Shown here: piece by piece, positions 26,651-41,249 of the stretch | Position numbering within the stretch: the first letter of the stretch is position 1 | How the letters are laid out: each line of letters begins with the position of its first letter | NCBI RefSeq assembly: GCF_009914755.1 | Contig: NC_060938.1 | Strand: one strand, 5' to 3' | From: the human T2T-CHM13v2.0 reference genome, Homo sapiens | DNA length: 64,000 bases | Translations under genes and position numbers: made by a program | Notes under the pieces: model-generated | Databases searched by the model: none | The model's input: the letters and a program-made list of their open reading frames with translations, nothing else | What the model was told of the DNA's origin: nothing

Positions 26651-29600
26651 ATAATAGTTAATTAATAGTATAGTTAACGTTTTTATACATCAGAATAGGA
26701 ATTGGCAAGGTATGTGATGAAAGTATAAGACTATATCCAGTATTATATCATTAAGGACTAATTATTAAAAGGCCTTCAACTTTTACCTTTCAACTAGTTG
26801 GGAGTATAAATTCCTTTATAGCTTTTTTATTTATGTAAACAGAATCTGTTTAAATATCTAATTATTCCTTTTATATAAGGACCATATAAAGAACTCAAAA
26901 TGGACAACTTGCTTGTCAGTAGCAAATGAAGAAAACTATTAAAGAATCACCAGAATTACGGTCTTTAGACAATGTTTACACTTGCAATATTAAGCGAAGC
27001 TTAACATTTTGAATTGCTTTTCCATGGGAAAATATACATGCTTATGTATATATCTGTTGATTTATAGAGAAGTTCTATAAATTAAGTCTCCGTAACACAT
27101 TACATTCCCCTTTAACATGTAATAGAATTCTCTGAAATACACACCTATACAGGCAACTTTAAAAATTAAAGCTACTCTTAAAAACCTAACCTACAAAAAA
27201 TTGTTATATTAGATCAAAAGCAAGACATGAATCTAAATTAGAGGGAAAAATTTGTTCATTTACCTCAACAAACTGTCCCCAAGGTATTTCTACAAGTGAT
27301 GTTGCTGGAATTCTCAAATAGATCTTTCCAATGTAACTGCTTTTACTTATTTTGGTGCATTATTTTTTATATGTTTATATGTATGTAAAACAAATTAGGT
27401 GCAGTTAAGTAACAAACTAAAGATACTTTGAGTTTTCAATCTGCCACACCTCTACTTTCCACTAACCTAATATTCATTCTCACTATTATTTCACACCTCT
27501 TCCATTCTTTTGTCTGAATGCTTTTAATGTTAATTTACCTTATGTCAAAGTGGTTATTTGCCTTTCAGAACCTTGTAAGATGATCTCCAAATAAAAAGCT
27601 CCTTCAAACACCAGCTTTGGTCATGAGGCTACCAGTGTGGACATTGTATTTAAAAAGCCACATTTCTCAGGGTCAGGAATAATTTTGGTGGGGTTTATGG
27701 GGAAGCAAGACTACGTATATACTAACCTCTGACTTTGAAGGAAGTGGATTGAGTTTCCGAAAAATTATGCATTACTAAAACTTTGGCGTGTGCCCTATTT
27801 TCCAAATGATGTTTATCCCTGTGGTCATCATAAAGGATTGCTTTGCCATTTTAATAATCAGATCTGCAAATTTCCACTTGGCATCAAATCCAAACAATCC
27901 AATCTGAAGGTGATTGACTTCCCTGTTTGTGCATCAAAATCTATTCAGCCATATGTTTTACCTCTCCCCCTGCCAAGAGTGAGCATCTTTTTATGATCAA
28001 TTGTCAAGTCTGTCCAGGGAAGCGTCACTAATGTTTAGACAGGAAAGCGTAAGTCATTCAACTGCAGTCATCCTATACCCTCTTATCTAGGTTTGCTATT
28101 TTGCAATTACATATTTTTTAAGATGAAAATCAGTTGAGCTTTCCCTGAAAATATTTGCTAGTGTCAGAAAGTGCCTTCTGACCCTGAACAATATACTTTT
28201 CTAATTGCAATCAAAATGAAGCTCTGTTTATGTGTGGGAATAACTTGGGCATCAAGACTGCCAGGGATTGAAAGATTCCATACTTTCCTCTTCAGTTTAG
28301 AAGCCTATATAGAATCATAACTTTTCTTTCTAAAATGCATGTGTTATTTTCTGATAGAATCCTGGGAGCTGAGGGGGCTGGGGATTGGAAAACACAGTTG
28401 TATAGCTAATGATCTTTACTGTAATCCTTGCCTCATTCCCCTTTCCAGCATAAAATAACATATTGTTTAATGAACATAAGAGGATGAGATTTTAACATGG
28501 AATTGAATTATACTGATAACATCAACTAGAAAATTTTATATCCTACGTTTTAAAACAAATGGAAAATATACTAGTCGTCATTGAAGATTGCAGACAAGTA
28601 ATAAAGGTAGATAATTATTCCCCTGAGAGAAAATTTCTAGCTATCAGAAGCAGCCTTTGGAAGATAGTTGGTTCAAGTCTTATTGTGAAATGAAATACAA
28701 ACAAAATAGCAATAAATAGTTTATTTTGGAATTTTTTTACTGCTAGCAATAGGATCTTATGTTTTTATTTTTTGTCAAATTAAAATTTGAACAGTTTCCT
28801 TTTGGAGTACATACTCTCTAAATATAATGTTACAGGGATTGTAATTTAAAAAGAAAATTGATGATTATTTTAGAACACCGATGGAAAGCCTTTACCTACT
28901 AGACTAATTCCTTTGTAGTTCGAGAGTGCTAAATTCAGGAACAATGAGTGCTTTGTGTATGTTATTTCATTAACAAGGAGCACATTTATAAAATCATCAA
29001 GGATCTGTAATGGTTAAAAACATCTGTCAATTTTTAGTTGTCCTAATGTAAGAACTCCAAAATTGTATTCAGTTCTGAGATAAATTGAAGGATGAGATAT
29101 TTTGGCTCTGTAGTAACATTTAAGAAACATAGTCTGGGAAAAGTTAGTAACCATTCTTGCTTATCACATACATTTCCAGTAGTAGAGTGATAAAGAATGT
29201 CAACTTGAAAATTTGTGATATTATATTTCTTGGCCTTACCTTTTACAGAGTACTTTTTTCCTATTCTTTCTACTCCTTTTTTCCCCTTCACCTGTGTCAA
29301 ATAGGCTGAAATCTTTGGCTAGAACTAAATCTAAAGACAGAAAAATAGCTTAACAAAAACAGATATCTGTATGCATGCTTTGATTAATCACATGGAAGGT
29401 TGTAAAAGTTATGTAAGTATAAAGAATTTAAATATGAATGGATTCATATAAATCCATTCAAGTGAAGTGTAATACAGTTAGAAAAGTTTAATGGAAGTGT
29501 GAGTAAACAGAGTGTGAGCAGTAGCAAAGCGTTCGGGGAGTTTCTATAAAAGTGTAAAAGTATTTCACACTTCTGCTGCGCAGATTCCCCTGAGCGGGAC

Positions 29601-30185
29601 ACATTTCCTACTGAAAGGTTTGCAGGGAAGCATGATCTTTATAACAACCTGCCTCTGACATGAGCAGAAAGAGAACAGTCTCCAGTGACCAGAGTATTCA
29701 CCCTTTGTCCTTAAAACATGCTGCTGTTTCCCAGGGTAATTTTCCATTTATAATGATAGGTACTATTTAGTTTGGTTTTATTTTACATGTAGTCTTTGAG
29801 GCCTTTATACCACAAGGATTAGAGAAGTTAACAAGAATATAGTGAGGGATTTAAGTCAGTGATACTTGTTTAGCAGGATCATGAAACTTAATGAGCCTCT
29901 TCAGAACTCTGTGGAAAGAAGTGCCGGTGGCGGTTGGCTAAGACATAAATCTGGGCTACACCAATGTTGTCCCTGAAGTCATCTACTATAGACAGCATTT
30001 TCTTCTCCTAAATTTTCTGAGAGGAAAATGACAATAAGCACTGTCATGTACTGATGTTAGAAAAGGTCTCATTTTGCTCAATGTTATTCTCTCTGCGATT
30101 GTTTCTCATTTCTACCGATTATTGTAGTGGAACAATAGCAACAAAAAAAGCCCCTGACTCGTGGGAGAGAAAAGAAAGAGGCGTT

Positions 30186-30635
30186 TTTCATGCGCGTCCA
30201 TGTGAAGAGACCACCAAACAGGCTTTGTGTGAGCAATAAAGCTTTTAATCACCTGGGTGCAGGCGGGATGAGTCCAAAAAGAGAGTCAGCAAAGGGAGAT
30301 AGGGGTGGGGCCGTTTTATAAGATTTTGGTAGGCAAAGGAAAATTATAGTCAAAGGGGGTTTGTTCTCTGGCGGGCAGGAGTGGGGGTCGCAAGGTGCTC
30401 AGTGGGGGAGTTTTTGAGCCAGGATGAGCCAGGAAAAGGACTTTCACAAGGTAACGTCATCACTTAAGGCAAGGACCGGCCATTTACACTTCTTTTGTGG
30501 TGGAATGTCATCAGTTAAGGTGGGGCAGGGCATTTTCACTTCTTTTGTGACTCTTCAGTTACTTCAGGCCATCTGGGCATATATGTGCAAGTCACAGGGG
30601 ATGCGCTGGCTTGGCTTGGGCTCAGAGGCCTGACA
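30186..30635 (-). mobile_element. Solo LTR7 (HERV-H), full length 450 bp
   Basis: Minus strand starts TGTCAGGCCTCTGAGCCCAAGCCAAGCC and ends GGACGCGCATGAAA; 5-bp TSD GCGTT at 30181-30185 and 30636-30640. Confidence 0.97.
30300..30550 (-). promoter_or_regulatory. LTR7 U3 promoter: TATA box, GC/KLF box and duplicated ACAAAAGAAG SOX-like motif
   Basis: TATAAAA on minus strand at 30314-30320; GGGGTGGGGC at 30302-30311; CACTTCTTTTGTG at 30487-30499 and 30537-30549. Confidence 0.65.
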
Positions 30636-31045
30636 GCGTTAGTGATAAAATATGAATGTGTAGTCCTTCATTAAAGGTAGGATAATACCTTTTGATCATT
30701 GGTCGGTGTGATTTTCTTGAATCCATGGTTGTGTTCATGAACCCAGAAATGGTGCTACAGGAAGAAGAATGTCAGACTAGAGAATGCAAAGGTAAAATAT
30801 TCAACATTAAGAGACTATTTTAGAAAAATTATTAAGAATAGTTGAAGACTAGTTGGAGATTTGTGCCCAAGTTAGTAAACAAGTTAGGCAAGGTACACAG
30901 ATGCACTGGAACATGCTCTATTTCAAAAAAAAAAAAATTACATCTTTTGCCATTGCCTCATCATCTTCATATAATCCAAGAACTTTACTGGGGTCCAGGC
31001 TTTCTTAGCTACTGCTGTTGATGTATTCAGGAAAAACCATGTTAA

Positions 31046-31534
<489 letters not shown>

Positions 31535-31769
31535 TAAAGATTTAATTTTATGAGGGCTAACAGTGCTCTAATTAGGAACTTATTTCGAGCTGCAAATGCT
31601 TTTCTAAAGTTTCTAAGTTTTAAATATCCATTAGTGAGTAAGTAATACTTTGTTTATTGGGTTCTTTCTCTGTATACAATGAATTAAGTCAAAGATACTT
31701 TTTCTTTGAAGTAGAAAACACAAGACAAACAAATGAAAATAAACACAAACCCATTATGGGCTCAGTGTA

Positions 31770-32110
31770 AATTAAAAATAAAGAAACATGGAACAATAGA
31801 AGAGAACTGATATTTAAAATTACAATTCAAGAAAAGCTTTCAGAAATCAAAAAAGACATAAATTTACATATTGTAAAATTTCACTGGATATGTGGGAAAA
31901 TTTATTCTAAAAAATCAGTTCTGAGAAATATTATAGTGGGTCTACTGATTTGAAAGATAAAATATAAATTCTCAAGGCCTGTGCTGGGGGGTTGAGGGCA
32001 GAGGAGAAGGGACAAGAAGAAAACTGAAAAGAATTAGACTGATGTCAGACTTTCCAAAAAAAAAAAGAAAAAAATATACAAAGCAAGCCAGAAATGTAGC
32101 AGAGTTTTAT
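31770..32110 (+). mobile_element. Ancient L1/HAL1 ORF1 fragment
   Basis: Degenerate IQEKLSEIKKDINLHI...LRNIIV and agaattagactgatgtcagacttt (RIRLMSDF) resemble L1 ORF1p. Confidence 0.6.
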
Positions 32111-33007
32111 TTTTTAAATTTTAATAAAACAAATGTAAGTGCAGTGAGGCTACCAAGATTCATCATGAATCAATACAAACATTGGCTGTTATTTTCAACA
32201 GATCTCCAAAGAAAGAGCAGCAAATGTGGAGCAAACTCAAAACGACCCTGAGCTCCAGTCATCCATGTAAATGGCTACACAAGCAACATGTTAGCACCTC
32301 TTCTCCCCACTACCCCATGTTGAGCTGAGTCCGCTCAGAGACGTAAGGGGGTAAGGAGAGGATAAAGAGGAATGTTTTCCTCCAGAGCCTTCTTCATGTC
32401 TGGAGAACTGTTAGATGTTCTTTTGGAGAATGGTGAGTGCGGATTAATGCAGTTTGCATAGGTTGTAGGGGCCTTTGATCCAAGCTATCTCTATCAGAAT
32501 CTCACCACAATGCAAAATTAGCTGAGCAAATTCATCATCACTGGGCGAGTTCCTAGACTCATTTGTGGCCTCCTGAGCTACAAGTGGAAAGAAGGTTCTT
32601 CTGCTGATAAAATAAGAAGTAATGACTATCCTGGGGCAAAATTCAACACAACATAAAATAAAAATCAATAATAAGACATTGTTACATTAATGGAATTGAA
32701 CTATGATTATTCTAGCAACTCAACTTTCTTACCAAGTAGACGTTTGTCATGGGCTCATACTCTTTATATTTGTTTGTTCTGTTTTATTATTATTATTGTT
32801 ATTTTGTTTTACTGTTTAGATGGCCACAGCAAAAGTCAAGGCCTGAGTGGTGAAACATCATCTTTTAAAAAGTTATTCTGCAAGATATTAAATTTCCATC
32901 ATGTACAATGTTTACAAGGGCTGACTTTTTAAAAAATTGAACTCATCTTTCTTTATTAAACGATTTTTAATAAAAAATCATTGCTTTTAATAAAAACATT
33001 TTAATAA

Positions 33008-33600
<593 letters not shown>

Positions 33601-34349
33601 CTCTGCAGAAAGCAGTACAGGCCTTTCTCTAAAGAAGTTAGTGTTGCTCCCACAATGTAGAAATAAAACCGTAAGACCAAATTAGACACCTGACAATTGA
33701 GACTTCCAGTTGCTAGGTGTCCAGATATTTTTCTGAGTACAGAGAGCCTGTGATTTGAGGGCAGTGGCTGTGCCCCATGCAATTTTGCATAATTAGCAGC
33801 ACTTTTCACAAGATTCAGAATAAACATTAACAGATGCTTATTAAATCAGTTTTTCTTTTTAGCCCTCCTTGACTCTATTTTTTAGTGAGTCTGTCCTGTT
33901 TACTCGTGTCCATTTGACCCTGCACCTGCCTGCCTGGGTGGTTGCAGCCCTGGACTTTCCAATTTACCAATTCTCTGCCACCCATCCTGGAATGACTTTT
34001 GCAGAGAGTGCCCTAGCCTCTAAAATCATTCCTCTCTTTAATTCCAGGATTAGTTGGGAAGAGATAAGATTTAAAAGGCAGATAATTTAATATTTTACTT
34101 TCTGGAAAGTTTTGTTGCTGTTTGTCCTAAAGAAGATTTTCATGAGTCTCTAGTGTTCGGAGTAAAGCACAAAAGCAGGGTGACAAAGGGATAAAGATTT
34201 AAGCAAGAAACCATCTCCCTAATTTCTGGCATCAAGCAGTGTTGTCAGCTCTTTACTCTGCCTGCATGGGTAAGTGTGGTCCCATGCAAAGAGCAAGTTG
34301 TAAAAAGGGGTCCTGTGACCTTAATTCCTTTTTGATGGCAAACAATCAC

Positions 34350-34680
34350 TCAATCTGGATTAGACTCTGACTTACTACTCTGTCCCTTCCTCTAGGCTTG
34401 GCTCTTACAAGAATTTCAAGATCTGATTGCGCAGTGCTGGTTGCATTTTCCTGACTATACAATGCTCCTGGACTTTGTGGATGCTGTTCCTCTGTTTGGA
34501 ATAACCTTACTCTTTCCTTCTCCCTACTCCACGCTTCATCGTCCTTTATGAAAAGTGCTGGGCATGAGCAAACTCCATCTCACTATGAACTCATCAGGCA
34601 GCATCAAATGTCTCTCTTCTGTGCTCACATCAAGTATTTATTCCCTAAATGTCTCCCTAGCAACTAGAGTGAGTCCCCAC
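34350..34680 (+). mobile_element. L2 fragment
   Basis: ggactttgtggatgctgttcctctgtttggaata...ctagagtgag. Confidence 0.55.
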
Positions 34681-35079
34681 TTCATAAACTGACAAAAAAT
34701 TGCCTCTGTATATAGTTTTTAAACTTATGTAGAATGAAAGTTTTAATTTGATTTTTTTTCACACATACTTTTCCTTTGCCTTATATTTGCAATTTTCTAA
34801 ATTCAAAGTATTATCTCTTTCAAGCTGTATGGACACTAAATTCTTCTTTATTAAAGTCTGTGTAAAAAAATAGAGTGGGATTTAAGGAGGATTCTTTTCT
34901 TTTACTGCATTTTATGAGGGAGGGAGATGGATAAAATCTCAAATTGCTTAGAAAATTAACTCAAATATATAATTCACTTTGCCTATTATGAGCTGCTACT
35001 AAGGATATTTCTAGTTTTGAAGATGGGATAAGAAATAAAATCACAAAATATATTTTAAATATCGTGTATTTCAATTTAA

Positions 35080-35170
35080 TTCTCTTAAATACTTATTCAG
35101 TATTTACTATAGCCCAGGTACTATTCTAGACATGAGAAATACAGAGCTAAATAAGAAGTTCACGGTGGAG
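35080..35170 (-). mobile_element. L2 3' end
   Basis: aaatacttattcagtatttactatagcccaggtactattctagaca...atacagag. Confidence 0.7.
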
Positions 35171-35495
35171 ATTAGGAAAAAAGGTAACAGTGAATCTGAT
35201 TTAATATTTTGTAAATATAAATTTCCAAAAAGCAAATTAACCAGTAATGGATGCTAACCTATAATGTATTTTAAAGTCTTTAAAAACTCATTGTTTCTTA
35301 TCATGTTTACAAATGACTATGATCCTCTATGACTTCTAGTGTTTGTGCCTTTCAAAACAAGAGCCTGTACAGCCTGGTTAATTGCAGATACTTGAAGTGG
35401 ATCAAACTAGAAGATTCTGGGAATGGATAATAGAATAAAAGGAGAATATGGGACAGTGAGAGAAAAGGTTGCATAAAGAATCTGTGCCCTGATGA

Positions 35496-36047
<552 letters not shown>

Positions 36048-38029
36048 GTGTCTCTTATGAAGTGTACCCTTGTCATGTATTCCTTCATCTTGAAGTCAGT
36101 ACTTTCCATTGAGCCAGTATCTCTAATCCTTCATTCTCTCACATTAGCACTACCAAACTCTTTTCAGAAATGTCTTCTCTTTTTTTGTCAGTCTTAAAGT
36201 TCAGTTTTGTTTCCTATACTTTGGTGCAAAGAAATAAATCTAACTGGAGCCTATTTGTTCAGGTGGTTTGGAACAAGTCCAGTGCGATGCCCTCTTCCGT
36301 GGAGACATGGCTGAACATTAGAACATTCTCTCCTCTGTTTCACGTGTTTTTTGCAGTTGTCCAAGAAGCAACTGTAGCCACTCTTAGAGAGTGCAAGGGG
36401 CACTTCTCCCCAGTGGTCTGAATGTTGTCATTCCATGTCCTATGTGTGTGGTTAGTCCTTGCCACGGACAATGCTATCTATTTATATAGAAAATCATTTT
36501 CAATCCTAGTATTTATCTGAGAATGACCTAGAAGGTCTAGAGAGTATGCTAACTTCGTCAGAGCAAACATATTTTCCTAGGAAGCAATGCTTACAGGGGT
36601 AATTGTACTTAGATTTTCAGATGCTTTATTTTATTAGCAGAATTTATTAGTAAAAAATATGAGAAGGGGAGTTTGGTAGTCTTAATATTCAGAGAGATGT
36701 GTTGGCATGACTGAGAATCTGGCAACTTTTCAAGAAGATAAACTGCTTTATTGGAACAAAAACTGTGTTTTTATTCCAATAGAACTGAGTAAAAGCTCAA
36801 CATCCATTCATAGGTATAAAAAAATCAAGTTAATAGATCTTGGTCTCTAGCTAAGACATGGTCCATTCTGCTCAGATTTTATTTATTAGAGTTTAAATTC
36901 TTGCTGAAGAGAGGATTAATCCCAGAGCCTGAGGCAACTTTTGACCTGTAACAAGTGGCCACAGCTGTGGGGACTGGAGGACCACCGTGGCTAGGATCAA
37001 TCATATTTCCTTATGTAAAATAAAGACAATCCATGTGTGCTATGGCCATCATAATCTCTTAGATTAGCCATCCTAATATCCATTCTGGAATTAGGCCTGC
37101 AGAATCAAAGAGTTATTTTTAGTCTGTTCGAATAGCAAGGCATATACTATTCTGGGTAAGAAATGAGGATGATTTCATCAAGTGAAGGGAAACCAAACAA
37201 CTTTAATCAATAAAGCAGGCATATTTCATATGAACTGTAGTAACACAATGTTTCGAATGTGGTGTACACGTTATTTGGATGAAATTCTGAACTTGGCATC
37301 CCTCTACAGCATGAAATTTTGGCAAATTCTTTTCTTGTTTTCCATTACTGTTAGGAATAAAAAGTATGCAAGAGGAGAATATAAAAGAGAGATAAATTCA
37401 CTTGTAATGTGTTATGAGTTCCAATGAAATAAGTATTATTTCTTGTTGTTTTTCAGTTGTTCCTCTGCCCTGGACAGTTTTTGCCCTCTCCAGACTTTGT
37501 GGGATCCTTTAATCTATTGGAATAAAAACACAATTTTCTCAGCATTTCATGATTATAAACTCACAATATAAACATTATAGTGACCTATATAATGTTGTTA
37601 ACCCTGTCTTTAAGATAAAGTAAAATCACTTGCCTGAAAATTTTGCAATCTCTAAATTATGATACTCTTTCATAGTAGAAATCATTTTTTTTAAACAGGA
37701 AATTTTTGTTAAATAAATTATGACATTAACATGAATGCTTAAGTGGGTTCAAGTGAAACCAACCTTATGATTAAATGCTATTAAAAATGTTTTCATATCT
37801 ATTTCAGATTAGTTGTTTGTTGTTTCTGAGACAGAAGTCCTAACCAAATGTTAGTATGAAAAAAAGCAACTAGTCCAACTATAGATATTATAATCAGAAG
37901 CAGATTTCTCTTAAATAAGAGATAAAATATAAATGAAATATAATTATCGTGTAAAATGCAAGTATAACATAAAAAGTTTTCATTGAATTAATTCATCATT
38001 TTCAGTAAAGTTATTTTAGTACCTACTAT

Positions 38030-38350
38030 AAGCCAAATCATAATATTTCTCTGCATATATTCTTCTCAAAACTTCTCACTGCCATTAGTGCAAAGTCCAA
38101 TTTTCTTTCCATGTCCTTCAAGTTCTAACTTGACCACATTCTTCTCTTGAACTAACGAACAAATGTATAGATGTTTCTATACATCTCCAGAGCCCAGAGT
38201 TTTCACTTACTGTTGCATCTCTTGGCAACACTCCTTCCCTCCCCAACCCAGCCTCCAACTTCTGCTTTTTAAATGATTGGTTGTTTTTCATCCTTTACAA
38301 CGGAATCCAAATGTCACTCCCTCAAAGTGGCAGTCTTTGACTCATCTAGT
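38030..38350 (+). mobile_element. L2 fragment
   Basis: aaagtccaa...ttttcacttactgttgcatctcttggcaacactcc...caaatgtcactccctca. Confidence 0.6.
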
Positions 38351-38369
38351 TTCTTTTTCTATTTCAAAT

Positions 38370-38750
38370 GTATTTGATAGTTTATTGGTTTAAATAGACA
38401 TCTAAATATATGAACATATTATGATTGGTTGCTATACCTTACATATCTCTTAAGCTATAGGTCTTCTTCCATCTGTCTCATTTTATTTTCTTGCAACATA
38501 TTACTATTTATTGAAGAACGTGGATCAATTGCTCTGTAGTGTTTTCTGTGTCTACATTTTAATGATTGTGTCTCTGTCATTTTAATATTTGTGATCTTAA
38601 TTGCTTTTTTTCTGTTAAGTACTTACATTTTTTTCTTTCTCCACATTCTGGATTTTGTACATAGTGTATCCTGTATATTGAGACATGCCCATCACTCAGT
38701 AGTTTTTTAATATGTACGTTTTGCATGTCCTAGATGCTTCATATATAATT
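38370..38750 (-). mobile_element. L1MC4/5-type 3' region
   Basis: ttcttgcaa...tttattgaagaacgtggatcaattgctctgtag and ccacattctggattttg. Confidence 0.6.
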
Positions 38751-39679
38751 GTGAAGAGTTATAGTTTGGTCTTTAACAGGGTATAGAATCTCTAATGAAC
38801 AGGACACAGTTTTCGAAAACAAAAACTTCAAAGTCAAATGAAGGTGTATTTTTAAATCTACGTCACCATCCAATTTTGCCATATGAACACATGGTTTCAT
38901 ATGTATAGTCATAGCCCTGGCAATGTACTTGAGAACATGAATTTCTCTCTATATAAAAGTAAAAGAAAAATATACAGCCCATATATATTACAGAAAAAGA
39001 AAATATTTAAGTTTGGAAATTTTTGAATAAAATCATGATAGATTTACAATGTCTCATTATTCCTAGCATACAAAAGTGCTTTTATTCTTGGTTGCCAATT
39101 TTGTGAGAATCAAGCAATCCTCACGTTTTAGAGGTTGCAAAGTTTTCGAACAAGTGTTTTTACTTTATCTTAAAGACAGGGTTACCAACATTATATGGGT
39201 CACTACAGTGTTTATCTTGTGAGTTTATAATCATGAAATGCTGAGGAGTACCTATTCTTATATTGTTGAACTCATAAACATTACTTTTAAAAACATAGGT
39301 CTTAATAGTATTATTTTTGAAAGGAGAATAAAAGGGTTGGGAAATAGTAATAAAAATATTGCTACCTTATACATTGAAAGTTTATGATTCAAGCTGTGTT
39401 TATAGTTTAGCAAATAACCAGATAATGAATAAAACTTTATTTAAATGCTTAGATGATTTGATGTAACAATATCAAATAGATATCAGATATCAAACATGTT
39501 TTTAAACTTCTCTGATTTTCTCATCCTTAGAAATGAAACTTCAGCAGCTTTCAAAACAATAAAATAAAATCAAAATATTTAAGCTGTTATTTTAATTCTG
39601 TTTGGTCATTCTCTACAAAGATATTTTAAATTATGTCTTTGCTCATTTTTTTCTTTCTGATTTCCTCTTTTATTCCATC

Positions 39680-39956
39680 TCTACCTTTCAAAACTTACTT
39701 GAAAACCCTATCATTTCTATGTGGGAAGCATTTTCTCAATTCCTCCAAGGGATTATGATCATTTGCTCGGTTCCTATAGCACCAGGTGTGTTTCCAGTGT
39801 TCCTACTCTGTCCAGCTCTGTTTTATGTATTTGTCACAAGTAATAAATTTTAATATACCTGGGAGCAGGTAGTGTTTTTCATCCATCTTTGCATCCCAGT
39901 AGTACCCAGCATAGATTCCAGGATGCCATTTTCAGTAAATCTTCATGAATCAAATG
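39680..39956 (+). mobile_element. L2 3' end
   Basis: catctttgcatcccagtagtacccagcatag...cagtaaatcttcatgaatcaaatg. Confidence 0.6.
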
Positions 39957-40549
39957 TCCTATGACTTTAATTCCAGAAGCAGTATAAAAAAGGTCAGATC
40001 TTGAGAACTAGCTGGAGAGGTCAATTATGGTTGACAAATGCAGGGCTAGTAAATATAGTTCCCTTTATGAATAAAGCATTTATCTTTTGGGTTCTGATAG
40101 CAATAGGAAAAAAAACTAGAAATTTAAAGCAATAAATTAGTAACAAAAGAACTGAACATTCCAGTTGATGTAATTTGATATTATAACCTATTAAATATAA
40201 AATAACTTAAATTTCCACAAAATGCCTCAATACCTTGGTGACTTATGAAGGAAATTTCAACTCAGATGAAGCAATTCTTTTTCAAAACAAAACTTCTGCC
40301 ATTTATTTATCATTTTACTTGTTAAATTACATGCAGTATAACCAAACTTTTTTTTTTAATTTTTAGACATTAAATACACAGGTAAATAAAAATTGAGCCC
40401 CTCCCTTGGTCTTTAGACAGAGCATGAAGCTAAATCAAATGTTTCACCCAGAAAAATGGTTGAAGAAAAGCATGTCTAAAATTTAAAAGTGTTCAAGATT
40501 TATCTCAAACTTTAGATGTTGGGGACGCACATCGTTCTCAATAGGATCC

Positions 40550-40835
40550 TTTTTTTTTTTTTTTTTTGAGATGGAGTCTCGCTCTGTTGCACAGGCTGGA
40601 GTGCAGTGGCGCGATCTCTCGGCTCACTGCAACCTCTGCCTCCCAGGTTCAAAAGATTCTCTTGGCTCGGTCTCCCAAGTAGATGGACTACAGGTGCCCA
40701 CCACCACACCCAGCTAATTTTTGTATTTTTAGTAGAGATGGGGTTTCACCATATTAGCCAGGCTGATCTCAAACTCATGACCTTGTGATCTGCCCACCTT
40801 GGGCTTCCAAAGTACTGGGATTACCGCACCTGGCC
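40550..40835 (-). mobile_element. AluS with a short deletion near the 5' end
   Basis: Antisense dimer; TAGGAT on both flanks. Confidence 0.94.
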
Positions 40836-41249
40836 TAGGATTTTTTTTAAGATTCAAGTTAGAGAGATATCGGAATCAAATAAAATGAGCAAGACAGTGA
40901 TGTCTTGAAGGGATATAGTGATAGGGAGGGGTGTGTATCTAAATGGAGACCTGAATATTCCATAATGACAACACAGGGATGAGGACCTTGAAAATGGTTT
41001 CAGAAACTATGATTATAGTTTTATTAATAAACTAAAAGTGATCAAATTTTTCTTATAATTACTATTGTCCAGAAAACATTACTGAATATGTATTTTATAG
41101 AGAACAGAGGGTATATGGTTAATCAATATATCAATGAATTCAGTGAATGACAGAAAGTTAAAACCAGTCATCTGGTTAAACGAATTAGATACCTGTAAGA
41201 ACTGGAGGTCATTATGTTCTTTTAGTGTGAAGAATAGTCTCAACCTCTC

